A DNA stretch of 22,134 nt, taken from IMG/VR virus record IMGVR_UViG_2529292905_000029; one strand, written 5' to 3'. The first letter of the stretch is position 1. Each line of letters begins with the position of its first letter. This DNA is from a virus (lineage: Duplodnaviria; Heunggongvirae; Uroviricota; Caudoviricetes). The notes beneath the pieces are model-generated. The model did no database searches. It saw only the letters and a program-made list of their open reading frames with translations, and had not been told where the DNA came from. Position numbers and translations under genes: made by a program. This document shows, one piece after another, positions 7,470 through 16,374 of the stretch.

Positions 7470-7610
7470 TGCGCGCTGGCGGTGGTGCTGATTTTATTTT
7501 TTCAGCGTCTCAGCGCGTCGTGACGGCGCTTAGTCTGCCCGTTGAGGCGTTGGTGTGTCTGCGGGGTGTTTTGTGCGGTGGTGAGCGTGTGAGGGGGTGA
7601 TGACGGGGTG

Positions 7611-7633
7611 TAAAAAAGCCGCCCGCAGGCGGC
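7611..7633 (-). terminator. Rho-independent terminator downstream of Q
   Basis: On the minus strand: GCCGCC-TGCG-GGCGGC stem-loop followed by TTTTTTA, starting about 5 nt after the Q stop codon. Confidence 0.6.
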
Positions 7634-7638
7634 GATGT

Positions 7639-8673
7639 TCAGTCGTTGTCAGTGTCCAGTGAGTAGTTTTTAAAGCGGATGACCTCCTGACCGAGCCAGC
7701 CGTTTATCTCGCGGATCCTGTCCTGTAACGGGATAAGCTCATTGCGGACAAAGACCTTTGCCACTTTCTCAATATCTCCCAGTGACCCGACGTTCTCCGG
7801 CTTGCCGCCCATCAACTGAAAGGGGATGCGGTGTGCGTCCAGCAGGTCAGCGGCGCTGGCTTTTTTGATATTAAAAAAATCGTCCTTCGTTGCCACTTCA
7901 CTGAGCGGGATAATTTTAATGCCGTCAGCTTTCCCCTGCGGGGCATAGAGAAACAGGTTTTTAAAGTTGTTGCGACCTTTCGACTTAACCATGTTTTCGC
8001 GGAGCATTTCGATATCGTTGCGATCCTGCACGGCATCGGTGACGTACATGATGTATCCGGCATGTGCGCCATTTTCGTAATACTTGCGGCGGAACAACGT
8101 GGCCGACTCATTCAGCCAGGCAGAGTTAAGGGCGCTGAGATATTCCGGCAGGCCGTACAGCTCCTGATTAATATCCGGCTCCAGCAGGTGAAACACGGAG
8201 CCGGGCGCGAAAGGTGTCGGCTCGTTGAAGGACGGCACCCACCAGTAAACATCCTCCTCCACGCCACGGCGGGTATATTTTGCCGGTGAGGTTTCCAGTC
8301 TGATGATCTTACCGGTGGTGCTGTAACGCTTTTCCAGAAACGCATTACCGAACACCAGAAAATCCAGCACAAAGCGGCTGAAATCCTGTTGTGAAAGCCA
8401 CGGATGCGGGATAAATGTCGAGGCCAGAATATTACGTTTGACGTAAATCGGTGAGCTGTGATGCACGGCAGCACGCAGACTTTTTGCCAGACCGGTAAAG
8501 CTGACCGGCGGCTCATACCATCTGCCGTTACTGATGCATTCGACGTAATCCAGAATGTCACGGCGGTCGAGTACCGGCACCGGCTCGCCAAAGGTGAATG
8601 CCTCCATTTTCGGGGCGCTGGCGGTCATTGTTTTTGCCGCAGGTTGCGGTGTTTTCCCTTTTTTCTTGCTCAT
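7639..8673 (-). CDS. Q: Portal protein (P2 gpQ), 344 aa
   Basis: Minus-strand ORF of 344 aa, the same length as P2 Q. Adjacent to and overlapping the terminase large-subunit gene; immediately inside cos, as in P2. Confidence 0.9.
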   Translation of the reverse strand: MSKKKGKTPQPAAKTMTASAPKMEAFTFGEPVPVLDRRDILDYVECISNGRWYEPPVSFTGLAKSLRAAVHHSSPIYVKRNILASTFIPHPWLSQQDFSRFVLDFLVFGNAFLEKRYSTTGKIIRLETSPAKYTRRGVEEDVYWWVPSFNEPTPFAPGSVFHLLEPDINQELYGLPEYLSALNSAWLNESATLFRRKYYENGAHAGYIMYVTDAVQDRNDIEMLRENMVKSKGRNNFKNLFLYAPQGKADGIKIIPLSEVATKDDFFNIKKASAADLLDAHRIPFQLMGGKPENVGSLGDIEKVAKVFVRNELIPLQDRIREINGWLGQEVIRFKNYSLDTDND

Positions 8674-10445
8674 CAGTAAAACTCCAGAATGGTGGATGTC
8701 AGCGGGGTGCTGATACCGGCGGTGAGTGGCTCATTTAACAGGGCGTGCATGGTCGCCCAGGCGAGGTCGGCGTGGCTGGCTTCCTCGCTGCGGCTGGCCT
8801 CATAGGTGGCGCTGCGTCCGCTGCTGGTCATGGTCTTGCGGATAGCCATAAACGAGCTGGTGATGTCGGTGGCGCTGACGTCATATTCCAGACAGCCACG
8901 ACGGATAACGTCTTTTGCCTTGAGCACCATTGCGGTTTTCATTTCCGGTGTGTAGCGGATATCGCGCGCGGCGGGATAGAACGAGCGCACGAGCTGGAAC
9001 ACGCCGACACCGAGGCCGGTGGCATCAATACCGATGTATTCGACGTTGTATTTTTCGGTGAGTTTGCGGATGGATTCAGCCTGAGTGGCAAAGTCCATGC
9101 CTTTCCACTGGTGACGCTCAAGTATCCTGAATTTGCCACCGGCCACCACCGGCGGTGCCAGCACCACGCATCCGGCGCTGTCGCCACGGTGTGACGGGTC
9201 GTAACCAATCCATACCGGGCGGGAGCCGAACGGATTGGCGGCAAAGGGTGCATAGTCTTCCCATTCTTCCAGCGTGTCGATCATGCAGCGTTGCAGCTCC
9301 TCGAACGGGAACACCGATGCCTTGTCGTCAACAAATTCACACATGAACAGGTTTTTAAAATCGTCGGCGCTGTTTTCGCGTTTGAGCTGCTCAATGTCGA
9401 ACAGCGTGCAGCCACCTTTCAGGGCGTCCTCAATGGTGACAATCTGCCGCCACTGGCCGTCTGCACAGAGAAGCCCATCGGCAAGGGCGTTATGACTGAC
9501 GTCGATTTCCACGCGTTCGGCGGCGCTGGCGCGTCCCCGGTTGAACAGTTCACCCGACCAGAACGGGTAGGCGTCGTGCGCCAGCGTGGACGGGGTGGAG
9601 AAATAGGTCGAGCGCAGGTGACTCTGTGAGGCCATACCTGATGCCACCTTACGCAGTACCTGAAAATTCGGTATCCAGAAAATCTCGTCGACGTACAGGT
9701 CGCCGTTATGGCTCTGCGCGGTGTTGGAGTTGGTGCCGAGAAAAATCAGTTTTGCGCCGTTATTGCCCAGGACAATCGGGTCACCGGTCAGGTCAACGTC
9801 AACCAGCCGGGCAAAGGCGATGATGTATTCGCGGAACACATACGCCTGCGTTTTACTGGCCGACAGAAAAATCTGGTTATGACCGGTTTTCAGGGCGCGC
9901 AGCAGCGCCTCGCGGGAAAAATAAAACGTCGCGCCAATCTGGCGGGATTTCAGGATATCGCGGATGCGGTGCTCAAGCCCGGCGCGATACCAGTGCAACT
10001 GATAGTCGAAAGACTGCTCAAAGAAAATCTGCTCCAGCTTTTCGATAGCCTCGTCACTGAAAAAATTCTTTTTCGGTTTGCGACGCCCGCCTTTGTTGCG
10101 GTTAGCGACGTTCGGATTAAGGTCTGCCTCGTTGCCGGTCTGGCTGTAACGGTTGACCCGTGCCAGCCGTTCAATCTGGCGTCCGAGCAGGTCAATTTCC
10201 TTGAAGTCACCGCCGGTTTTCTGCGGTTTGATGATGAGCTGGGTCAGCCGCGCTTCCAGACTCATTTCGACACGGCTGATGGGGGCAACGCTGTCCCAGC
10301 CGTCGCGCTGTTTCCAGCTCTGCACCGTCGGGCGTTTCATCTGCAACATGGCGGCAATCTGCGGCACGGAAAACCCCTGCCAGTACAGCAGCGCCGCCTG
10401 ACGACGCGGGTCGTGTAAAAGAGTGGTGTCTGTGGTGATGGTCAT
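8673..10445 (-). CDS. P: Terminase large (ATPase) subunit (P2 gpP), 590 aa
   Basis: Minus-strand ORF. Start taken at MTITTD (ATG 10445) with GAGG upstream, giving 590 aa as in P2 P. The ORF track's longer 600-aa version begins 30 nt upstream. Divergent from the O-N-M-L operon, as in P2. Confidence 0.9.
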   Translation of the reverse strand: MTITTDTTLLHDPRRQAALLYWQGFSVPQIAAMLQMKRPTVQSWKQRDGWDSVAPISRVEMSLEARLTQLIIKPQKTGGDFKEIDLLGRQIERLARVNRYSQTGNEADLNPNVANRNKGGRRKPKKNFFSDEAIEKLEQIFFEQSFDYQLHWYRAGLEHRIRDILKSRQIGATFYFSREALLRALKTGHNQIFLSASKTQAYVFREYIIAFARLVDVDLTGDPIVLGNNGAKLIFLGTNSNTAQSHNGDLYVDEIFWIPNFQVLRKVASGMASQSHLRSTYFSTPSTLAHDAYPFWSGELFNRGRASAAERVEIDVSHNALADGLLCADGQWRQIVTIEDALKGGCTLFDIEQLKRENSADDFKNLFMCEFVDDKASVFPFEELQRCMIDTLEEWEDYAPFAANPFGSRPVWIGYDPSHRGDSAGCVVLAPPVVAGGKFRILERHQWKGMDFATQAESIRKLTEKYNVEYIGIDATGLGVGVFQLVRSFYPAARDIRYTPEMKTAMVLKAKDVIRRGCLEYDVSATDITSSFMAIRKTMTSSGRSATYEASRSEEASHADLAWATMHALLNEPLTAGISTPLTSTILEFY

Positions 10446-10618
10446 GAATACCTCGCCGTGATGAATACACGGCAAGGCTACTGAGTCGCGCCCCGCGATT
10501 CGCTAAGGTGCTGTTGTGTCAGTGATAAGCCATCCGGGACTGATGGCGGAGGATGCGCATCGTCGGGAAACTGATGCCGACATGTGACTCCTCTAATCAC
10601 TATTCAGGACTCCTGACA
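10446..10618. promoter_or_regulatory. Divergent late-promoter region between P and O
   Basis: 173-bp intergenic region between divergently transcribed P and O. In P2 this interval holds the Ogr-dependent late promoters. Contains the inverted repeat GCCGTG-N7-CACGGC (10455-10473) and an imperfect TGT-N12-CAC element (10583-10600). Confidence 0.45.
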
Positions 10619-11473
10619 ATGGCAAAAAAAGTCTCAAAATTCTTTCGTATCGGCGTTGAGGGTGACACCTGTGACGGGCGTGTCATCAGTGCGCAGGATA
10701 TTCAGGAAATGGCCGAAACCTTTGACCCGCGAGTCTATGGTTGCCGCATTAACCTGGAACATCTGCGCGGCGTCCTGCCTGACGGTATTTTTAAGCGTTA
10801 TGGCGATGTGGTCGAACTGAAGGCCGAAAAGATTGACGATGATTCGGCGCTGAAAGGCAAATGGGCGCTGTTTGCGAAAATCACCCCGACCGATGACCTT
10901 ATCGCGATGAACAAGGCCGCGCAGAAGGTCTATACCTCAATGGAAATTCAGCCGAACTTTGCCAATACAGGCAAATGTTATCTGGTGGGTCTGGCCGTCA
11001 CCGATGACCCGGCAAGCCTCGGCACGGAATACCTGGAATTCTGCCGCACGGCAAAACACAACCCCCTGAACCGCTTCAAATTAAGCCCTGAAAACCTGAT
11101 TTCAGTGGCAACGCCCGTTGAGCTGGAATTTGAAGACCTGCCTGAAACCGTGTTCACCGCCCTGACCGAAAAGGTGAAGTCCATTTTTGGCCGCAAACAG
11201 GCCAGCGATGACGCCCGTCTGAATGACGTGCATGAAGCGGTGACCGCTGTTGCTGAACATGTGCAGGAAAAACTGAGCGCCACTGAGCAGCGCCTCGCTG
11301 AGATGGAAACCGCTTTTTCCGCACTTAAGCAGGAGGTGACTGACAGGGCGGATGAAACCAGCCAGGCATTCACCCGCCTGAAAAACAGTCTCGACCACAC
11401 CGAAAGTCTGACCCAGCAGCGCCGCAGCAAGGCCACCGGTGGTGGCGGTGACGCCCTGATGACGAACTGCTGA
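10619..11473 (+). CDS. O: Capsid scaffolding protein (P2 gpO), 284 aa
   Basis: Start taken at MAKKVSKF (ATG 10619), giving 284 aa as in P2 O. First gene of the head operon. Helical, Ala/Glu-rich C-terminal half typical of scaffold proteins. Confidence 0.88.
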   Translation: MAKKVSKFFRIGVEGDTCDGRVISAQDIQEMAETFDPRVYGCRINLEHLRGVLPDGIFKRYGDVVELKAEKIDDDSALKGKWALFAKITPTDDLIAMNKAAQKVYTSMEIQPNFANTGKCYLVGLAVTDDPASLGTEYLEFCRTAKHNPLNRFKLSPENLISVATPVELEFEDLPETVFTALTEKVKSIFGRKQASDDARLNDVHEAVTAVAEHVQEKLSATEQRLAEMETAFSALKQEVTDRADETSQAFTRLKNSLDHTESLTQQRRSKATGGGGDALMTNC

Positions 11474-11531
11474 CCGGCGTCAGTCAGTCCGGGAAAACCT
11501 TCACGATTAACCCTTAATTTCAGGAAAAACT

Positions 11532-12605
11532 ATGCGCCAGGAAACCCGCTTTAAATTTAATGCCTACCTGTCCCGTGTTGCCGAACTGAACGGCATCGAC
11601 GCCGGTGATGTGTCGAAAAAATTCACCGTTGAACCGTCGGTCACCCAGACCCTGATGAACACCATGCAGGAGTCCTCTGACTTTCTGACCCGCATCAACA
11701 TTGTGCCGGTCAGCGAAATGAAAGGGGAAAAAATTGGTATCGGTGTCACCGGCTCCATCGCCAGCACCACCGACACCGCCGGTGGCACCGAGCGTCAGCC
11801 GAAGGACTTCTCGAAGCTGGCGTCAAACAAGTACGAATGCGACCAGATTAACTTCGATTTTTATATCCGCTACAAAACGCTGGACCTGTGGGCGCGTTAT
11901 CAGGATTTCCAGCTCCGTGTCCGTAACGCCATTATCAAACGCCAGTCCCTTGATTTAATCATGGCCGGTTTTAACGGCGTGATGCGTGCCGAAACCTCTG
12001 ACCGCAGCAGCAATCCGATGCTGCAGGATGTGGCGGTCGGCTGGCTGCAGAAATACCGCAATGAAGCCCCGGCGCGCGTGATGAGCAAGGTTACTGACGA
12101 GGAAGGGCACACCACCTCTGAGGTTATCCGCGTGGGTAAGGGCGGTGATTATGCCAGCCTTGACGCACTGGTGATGGATGCGACCAACAACCTGATTGAG
12201 CCGTGGTATCAGGAAGACCCTGACCTTGTGGTGATTGTGGGACGTCAGCTACTGGCGGACAAGTATTTTCCCATCGTCAACAAGGAGCTGGACAACAGCG
12301 AAATGCTGGCCGCTGACGTCATCATCAGCCAGAAACGCATCGGTAACCTGCCGGCGGTACGCGTCCCGTACTTCCCGGCGGATGCGATGCTCATCACAAA
12401 GCTGGAAAACCTGTCCATCTACTACATGGATGACAGCCATCGCCGCGTGATTGAGGAAAACCCGAAACTCGACCGCGTGGAGAACTACGAGTCAATGAAC
12501 ATTGATTACGTGGTGGAAGACTACGCCGCCGGTTGTCTGGTGGAAAAAATTAAGGTCGGTGATTTCTCCACACTGGCTAAAGCGACCGCAGAGCCGGGAG
12601 CGTAA
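11532..12605 (+). CDS. N: Major capsid protein (P2 gpN), 357 aa
   Basis: 357 aa, the same length as P2 N. Position after the scaffold gene. Confidence 0.92.
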   Translation: MRQETRFKFNAYLSRVAELNGIDAGDVSKKFTVEPSVTQTLMNTMQESSDFLTRINIVPVSEMKGEKIGIGVTGSIASTTDTAGGTERQPKDFSKLASNKYECDQINFDFYIRYKTLDLWARYQDFQLRVRNAIIKRQSLDLIMAGFNGVMRAETSDRSSNPMLQDVAVGWLQKYRNEAPARVMSKVTDEEGHTTSEVIRVGKGGDYASLDALVMDATNNLIEPWYQEDPDLVVIVGRQLLADKYFPIVNKELDNSEMLAADVIISQKRIGNLPAVRVPYFPADAMLITKLENLSIYYMDDSHRRVIEENPKLDRVENYESMNIDYVVEDYAAGCLVEKIKVGDFSTLAKATAEPGA

Positions 12606-12608
12606 CCG

Positions 12609-13352
12609 ATGACGAGTCCCGCACAGCGCCACATGATGCGGGTCTCGGCAGCGATGACCGCGCAGCGGGAAGCCGCCCCGCTGCGACATGCAACTGTCTA
12701 TGAGCAGATGCTGGTTAAGCTCGCCGCAGACCAGCGCACACTGAAAGCGATTTATTCAAAAGAGCTGAAGGCCGCGAAAAAACGCGAACTGCTGCCGTTC
12801 TGGTTGCCGTGGGTGAACGGCGTGCTGGAGCAGGGCAAAGGTGCACAGGATGACATTCTGATGACGGTCATGCTGTGGCGTCTGGATACCGGCGATATTG
12901 CCGGTGCGCTGGAGATTGCCCGTTATGCCCTGAAGTACGGTCTGACCATGCCGGGTAAACACCGCCGCACCCCGCCGTACATGTTCACCGAGGAGGTGGC
13001 GCTCGCGGCCATGCGCGCCCACGCTGCCGGTGAGTCTGTGGATACCCGCCTGCTGACGGAGACCCTTGCACTGACCGCCACGGCAGACATGCCTGATGAA
13101 GTGCGCGCAAAGCTGCACAAAATCACCGGTCTGTTTCTGCGTGACGCTGGTGATGCCGCCGGTGCGCTGGCTCACCTGCAACGTGCGACACAGCTCGACT
13201 GTCAGGCAGGCGTCAAAAAAGAGATTGAACGACTGGAGCGGGAGCTGAAACCGAAGCCGGAGCCGCAGCCCAAAGCGGCCACCCGCGCCCCGCGTAAGAC
13301 CCGGAGCGTGACACCGGCAAAACGTGGACGCCCGAAAAAGAAAGCCAGTTAA
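12609..13352 (+). CDS. M: Terminase small / endonuclease subunit (P2 gpM), 247 aa
   Basis: 247 aa, the same length as P2 M. Basic C-terminal tail (KRGRPKKKAS). Position after N. Confidence 0.88.
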   Translation: MTSPAQRHMMRVSAAMTAQREAAPLRHATVYEQMLVKLAADQRTLKAIYSKELKAAKKRELLPFWLPWVNGVLEQGKGAQDDILMTVMLWRLDTGDIAGALEIARYALKYGLTMPGKHRRTPPYMFTEEVALAAMRAHAAGESVDTRLLTETLALTATADMPDEVRAKLHKITGLFLRDAGDAAGALAHLQRATQLDCQAGVKKEIERLERELKPKPEPQPKAATRAPRKTRSVTPAKRGRPKKKAS

Positions 13353-13451
13353 CAACCGAATGCGCCCCGCGCCAGGGCGGCACGCCGGTCAGTGAGGGTG
13401 AATCACCTGACACTGCACCGGCGTCCACCGCCCGACTTTTCAGAGGTAGTC

Positions 13452-13961
13452 ATGATGACGCTGATTATTCCGCGAAAGGAGGCTCCCGTGTCCGGTGAGG
13501 GTACGGTGGTCATCCCGCAACCGGCAGGCGACGAGCCGGTGATTAAAAACACGTTCTTTTTTCCCGATATCGACCCGAAGCGCGTCCGGGAACGTATGCG
13601 CCTTGAGCAGACCGTCGCCCCTGCCCGTCTGCGTGAGGCCATCAAGTCAGGCATGGCTGAAACGAATGCGGAGCTGTACGAGTACCGCGAACAGAAAATT
13701 GCCGCCGGTTTTACGCGTCTGGCTGACGTCCCGGCGGACGACATCGACGGTGAAAACATCAAAGTTTTTTACTACGAGCGCGCCGTGTGTGCGATGGCGA
13801 CCGCGTCGCTTTATGAGCGTTATCGCGGCGTGGATGCCAGTGCGAAAGGCGACAAGAAGGCCGACAGCATTGACAGCACCATTGATGAGCTGTGGCGGGA
13901 TATGCGCTGGGCGGTGGCGCGCATCCAGGACAAGCCACGCTGCATCGTGAGTCAAATCTGA
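13452..13961 (+). CDS. L: Head completion / stabilisation protein (P2 gpL), 169 aa
   Basis: Start taken at ATG 13452 (MMTLIIPRKE), giving 169 aa as in P2 L. Its stop overlaps the next start at 13959-13963. Confidence 0.85.
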   Translation: MMTLIIPRKEAPVSGEGTVVIPQPAGDEPVIKNTFFFPDIDPKRVRERMRLEQTVAPARLREAIKSGMAETNAELYEYREQKIAAGFTRLADVPADDIDGENIKVFYYERAVCAMATASLYERYRGVDASAKGDKKADSIDSTIDELWRDMRWAVARIQDKPRCIVSQI

Positions 13962-14164
13962 TGAAGACCTTTGCGCTACAGGGCGACACGCTCGACGCCA
14001 TTTGTGTCCGGTATTACGGGCGCACTGAGGGCGTGGTCGAGACTGTGCTCGCCGCAAATCCGGGACTGGCTGAACTGGGTGCGGTGCTGCCGCACGGCAC
14101 CGCCGTCGAACTGCCCGACGTTCAGACCGCGCCCGTGGCTGAAACTGTCAATCTGTGGGAGTAA
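13961..14164 (+). CDS. X: Tail protein X (P2 gpX), 67 aa
   Basis: ATG at 13961 overlapping the L stop. 67 aa, as in P2 X. Immediately precedes the holin gene. Confidence 0.8.
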   Translation: MKTFALQGDTLDAICVRYYGRTEGVVETVLAANPGLAELGAVLPHGTAVELPDVQTAPVAETVNLWE

Positions 14165-14167
14165 CGC

Positions 14168-14449
14168 ATGACAGCAGAAGAAAAAAGCGTCCTGTCGCTT
14201 TTCATGATTGGGGTGCTGATTGTTGTCGGCAAGGTGCTTGCCGGTGGTGAACCCATCACCCCGCGTCTGTTTATCGGGCGCATGTTGCTCGGTGGTTTTG
14301 TCTCGATGGTTGCCGGTGTTGTTCTGGTGCAGTTTCCTGACCTGTCACTGCCTGCGGTGTGCGGCATCGGCTCCATGCTGGGTATCGCCGGTTATCAGGT
14401 GATTGAGATTGCCATTCAGCGCCGCTTTAAGGGCAGGGGGAAACCGTAA
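14168..14449 (+). CDS. Y: Holin (P2 gpY), 93 aa
   Basis: 93 aa with hydrophobic transmembrane stretches (LFMIGVLIVVGKVLAGG, LLGGFVSMVAGVVLV) and a charged C-terminus. Immediately upstream of the endolysin gene. Confidence 0.85.
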   Translation: MTAEEKSVLSLFMIGVLIVVGKVLAGGEPITPRLFIGRMLLGGFVSMVAGVVLVQFPDLSLPAVCGIGSMLGIAGYQVIEIAIQRRFKGRGKP

Positions 14450-14946
14450 TGCCGGTAATTAACACGCATCAGAATATCGCGGCCTTTCTCGACATGCTGG
14501 CCGTGTCCGAAGGGACGGCGAATCATCCGCTGACGAAAAACCGGGGCTATGACGTGATAGTCACCGGACTGGACGGGAAGCCGGAAATTTTCACCGACTA
14601 CAGTGACCACCCGTTCGCGCATGGCCGACCGGCGAAGGTGTTTAACCGTCGCGGTGAAAAGTCCACGGCCTCCGGTCGCTATCAGCAACTTTACCTGTTC
14701 TGGCCGCATTACCGCAAACAGCTTGCCCTGCCGGATTTCAGTCCGTTGTCACAGGACAGACTTGCCATTCAGTTGATCCGCGAACGCGGTGCACTGGATG
14801 ACATCCGGGCGGGACGCATTGAGCGCGCCATTTCACGCTGTCGCAATATCTGGGCGTCCCTGCCGGGTGCCGGTTACGGTCAGCGTGAGCATTCACTGGA
14901 AAAACTGGTCACCGTCTGGCGTACCGCTGGCGGCGTACCGGCTTAA
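14449..14946 (+). CDS. K: Endolysin (P2 gpK, lysozyme-like), 165 aa
   Basis: 165 aa, as in P2 K. Start overlaps the holin stop (TAATG at 14447-14451). Sits in the lysis cassette between holin and lysA/lysB. Confidence 0.88.
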   Translation: MPVINTHQNIAAFLDMLAVSEGTANHPLTKNRGYDVIVTGLDGKPEIFTDYSDHPFAHGRPAKVFNRRGEKSTASGRYQQLYLFWPHYRKQLALPDFSPLSQDRLAIQLIRERGALDDIRAGRIERAISRCRNIWASLPGAGYGQREHSLEKLVTVWRTAGGVPA

Positions 14947-14960
14947 ACGGAGTAAACACC

Positions 14961-15386
14961 ATGAAGAAATTATCCCTTTCACTGATGCTGAACGTGTCGC
15001 TGGCGCTGATGCTGGCACTGTCCCTGATTTATCCGCAGAGCGTGGCCGTCAGTTTTGTCGCTGCCTGGGCGATTCTGGCGACGGTTATCTGTGTGGTTGC
15101 CGGTGGTGTCGGCGTGTATGCCACTGAGTATGTGCTGGAACGCTACGGGCGGGAGCTGCCGCCGGAATCGCTGGCCGTGAAGATTGTCACGGCGCTGTTT
15201 TTGCAGCCGGTGCCGTGGCGCAGACGGGCAGTAGCTCTGGTGGTGATGGTGGCGACATTTATCTCGCTGGTCGCTGCCGGGTGGATTTTTACCGCGCTGA
15301 TTTATCTCGTGGCATCGGTGTTCTTCCGGTTGGTACGTACGGCCTGCCGTCAGCGCTTTGAGGGGCGGGAACCATGTCAAAGCTGA
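14961..15386 (+). CDS. lysA: Lysis timing membrane protein LysA, 141 aa
   Basis: 141 aa, with several hydrophobic transmembrane segments. Position after K, as in P2. Confidence 0.8.
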   Translation: MKKLSLSLMLNVSLALMLALSLIYPQSVAVSFVAAWAILATVICVVAGGVGVYATEYVLERYGRELPPESLAVKIVTALFLQPVPWRRRAVALVVMVATFISLVAAGWIFTALIYLVASVFFRLVRTACRQRFEGREPCQS

Positions 15387-15799
15387 TGACTGTGCTGGTT
15401 GTGTTGTTATCGCTGGCGGTGGCCGGTCTGTTTCTGGTGAAACACAAAAATGCCAGCCTGCGCGCCTCGCTGGACAGGGCGAACAATGTCGCCAGCGGGC
15501 AGCAGGCGACCATCACCATGCTGAAAAATCAGCTTCATGTTGCGCTCACCAGGGCAGACAAAAACGAGCTGGCGCAGGTGGCACTGCGTCAGGAACTGGA
15601 GAACGCGGCGAAGCGTGAAGCACAGCGCGAGAAAACCATCACGAGGTTACTGAATGAAAACGAAGATTTTCGCCGCTGGTACGGTGCTGAGCTGCCTGAT
15701 GCTGTGCGCCGGTTGCACCAGCGCCCCGCCTGCACTGACGCCAGTGATTGTCCCCAACACCTGCCCGAAAGTGAGTCTTTGCCCGATGCCGGGCAGTGA
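15374..15799 (+). CDS. lysB: Rz-like inner-membrane spanin LysB, 141 aa
   Basis: 141 aa. N-terminal transmembrane segment (LMTVLVVLLSLAVAGLFLV) followed by a charged periplasmic helical region. Confidence 0.8.
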   Translation: MSKLMTVLVVLLSLAVAGLFLVKHKNASLRASLDRANNVASGQQATITMLKNQLHVALTRADKNELAQVALRQELENAAKREAQREKTITRLLNENEDFRRWYGAELPDAVRRLHQRPACTDASDCPQHLPESESLPDAGQ

Positions 15800-15944
15800 C
15801 CCGCAGACGAACGGCGATTTAAGTGCCGATATCCGGCAGCTTGAGAACGCGCTGGCACGCTGTGCCAGCCAGGTAAAAATGATTAAACACTGTCAGGACG
15901 AAAACGATGCTCAAACCCGACAGCCTGCGCAGGGCGCTGACTGA
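15654..15944 (+). CDS. lysC: Rz1-like outer-membrane lipoprotein spanin LysC, 96 aa, embedded out of frame in lysB and overlapping R
   Basis: Signal peptide with a lipobox-like LCAGC, Pro-rich mature region. Starts inside lysB in another frame and extends into R, the known P2 lysB/lysC arrangement. Confidence 0.7.
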   Translation: MKTKIFAAGTVLSCLMLCAGCTSAPPALTPVIVPNTCPKVSLCPMPGSDPQTNGDLSADIRQLENALARCASQVKMIKHCQDENDAQTRQPAQGAD

Positions 15945-16374
15945 TGCCGTCACGGTGCTGAAAACCAGTCCAGAGATGCTGCGGATATTCGTGGATAACG
16001 GGAGTATTGCCTCCACGCTGGCGACGTCGCTGTCGTTCGAAAAGCGTTACACGCTCAATGTCATTGTGACCGACTTTACCGGTGATTTTGACCTGCTCAT
16101 CGTGCCGGTGCTGGCGTGGCTGCGGGAAAATCAGCCCGACATCATGACCACCGACGAAGGTCAGAAAAAGGGCTTCACGTTTTATGCAGACATCAACAAT
16201 GACAGCAGCTTTGATATCAGCATCAGCCTGATGCTGACCGAGCGCACGCTGGTCAGTGAGGTGGACGGCGCACTGCATGTGAAGAATATCCCGGAACCTC
16301 CGCCGCCGGAGCCGGTCACCCGCCCGGTGGAGCTTTATATCAATGGCGAACTGGTGAGCAAGTGGGATGAATGA
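15907..16374 (+). CDS. R: Tail completion protein R (P2 gpR), 155 aa
   Basis: 155 aa, as in P2 R. Position after the lysis genes. Confidence 0.85.
   Translation: MLKPDSLRRALTDAVTVLKTSPEMLRIFVDNGSIASTLATSLSFEKRYTLNVIVTDFTGDFDLLIVPVLAWLRENQPDIMTTDEGQKKGFTFYADINNDSSFDISISLMLTERTLVSEVDGALHVKNIPEPPPPEPVTRPVELYINGELVSKWDE

Noticed and set aside
7409-7600. 63-aa plus-strand ORF spanning cos and the G/T-rich tract
   Set aside because: Covers the cohesive-end sequence and a low-complexity tract; Gly/Ala/Arg-rich translation typical of non-coding GC-rich DNA.
7812-8591. 99- to 159-aa ORFs on both strands inside portal gene Q
   Set aside because: Nested within or antisense to the 344-aa portal ORF; no independent support.
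9708-10418. 236-aa plus-strand ORF, and several 60-150-aa ORFs on both strands, inside terminase gene P (8673-10445)
   Set aside because: Nested in or antisense to the 590-aa terminase ORF, whose length and position match P2 gpP.
10553-10618. Upstream start (MRIVGKLM...) for scaffold gene O
   Set aside because: The ATG at 10619 (MAKKVSKF) gives the expected 284-aa product and leaves room for the late promoter; the extension would place coding sequence across the regulatory region.
10978-11436. 152-aa minus-strand ORF (and 98-aa ORF at 11102-11398) antisense within scaffold gene O
   Set aside because: Lies wholly inside a gene assigned by synteny and size. Long antisense ORFs are expected in GC-rich DNA. 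No start context or partner.
12756-13355. 199-aa minus-strand ORF antisense to terminase small-subunit gene M
   Set aside because: Complete overlap with a confidently assigned structural gene; Arg/Gly-rich composition typical of a spurious GC-rich frame.
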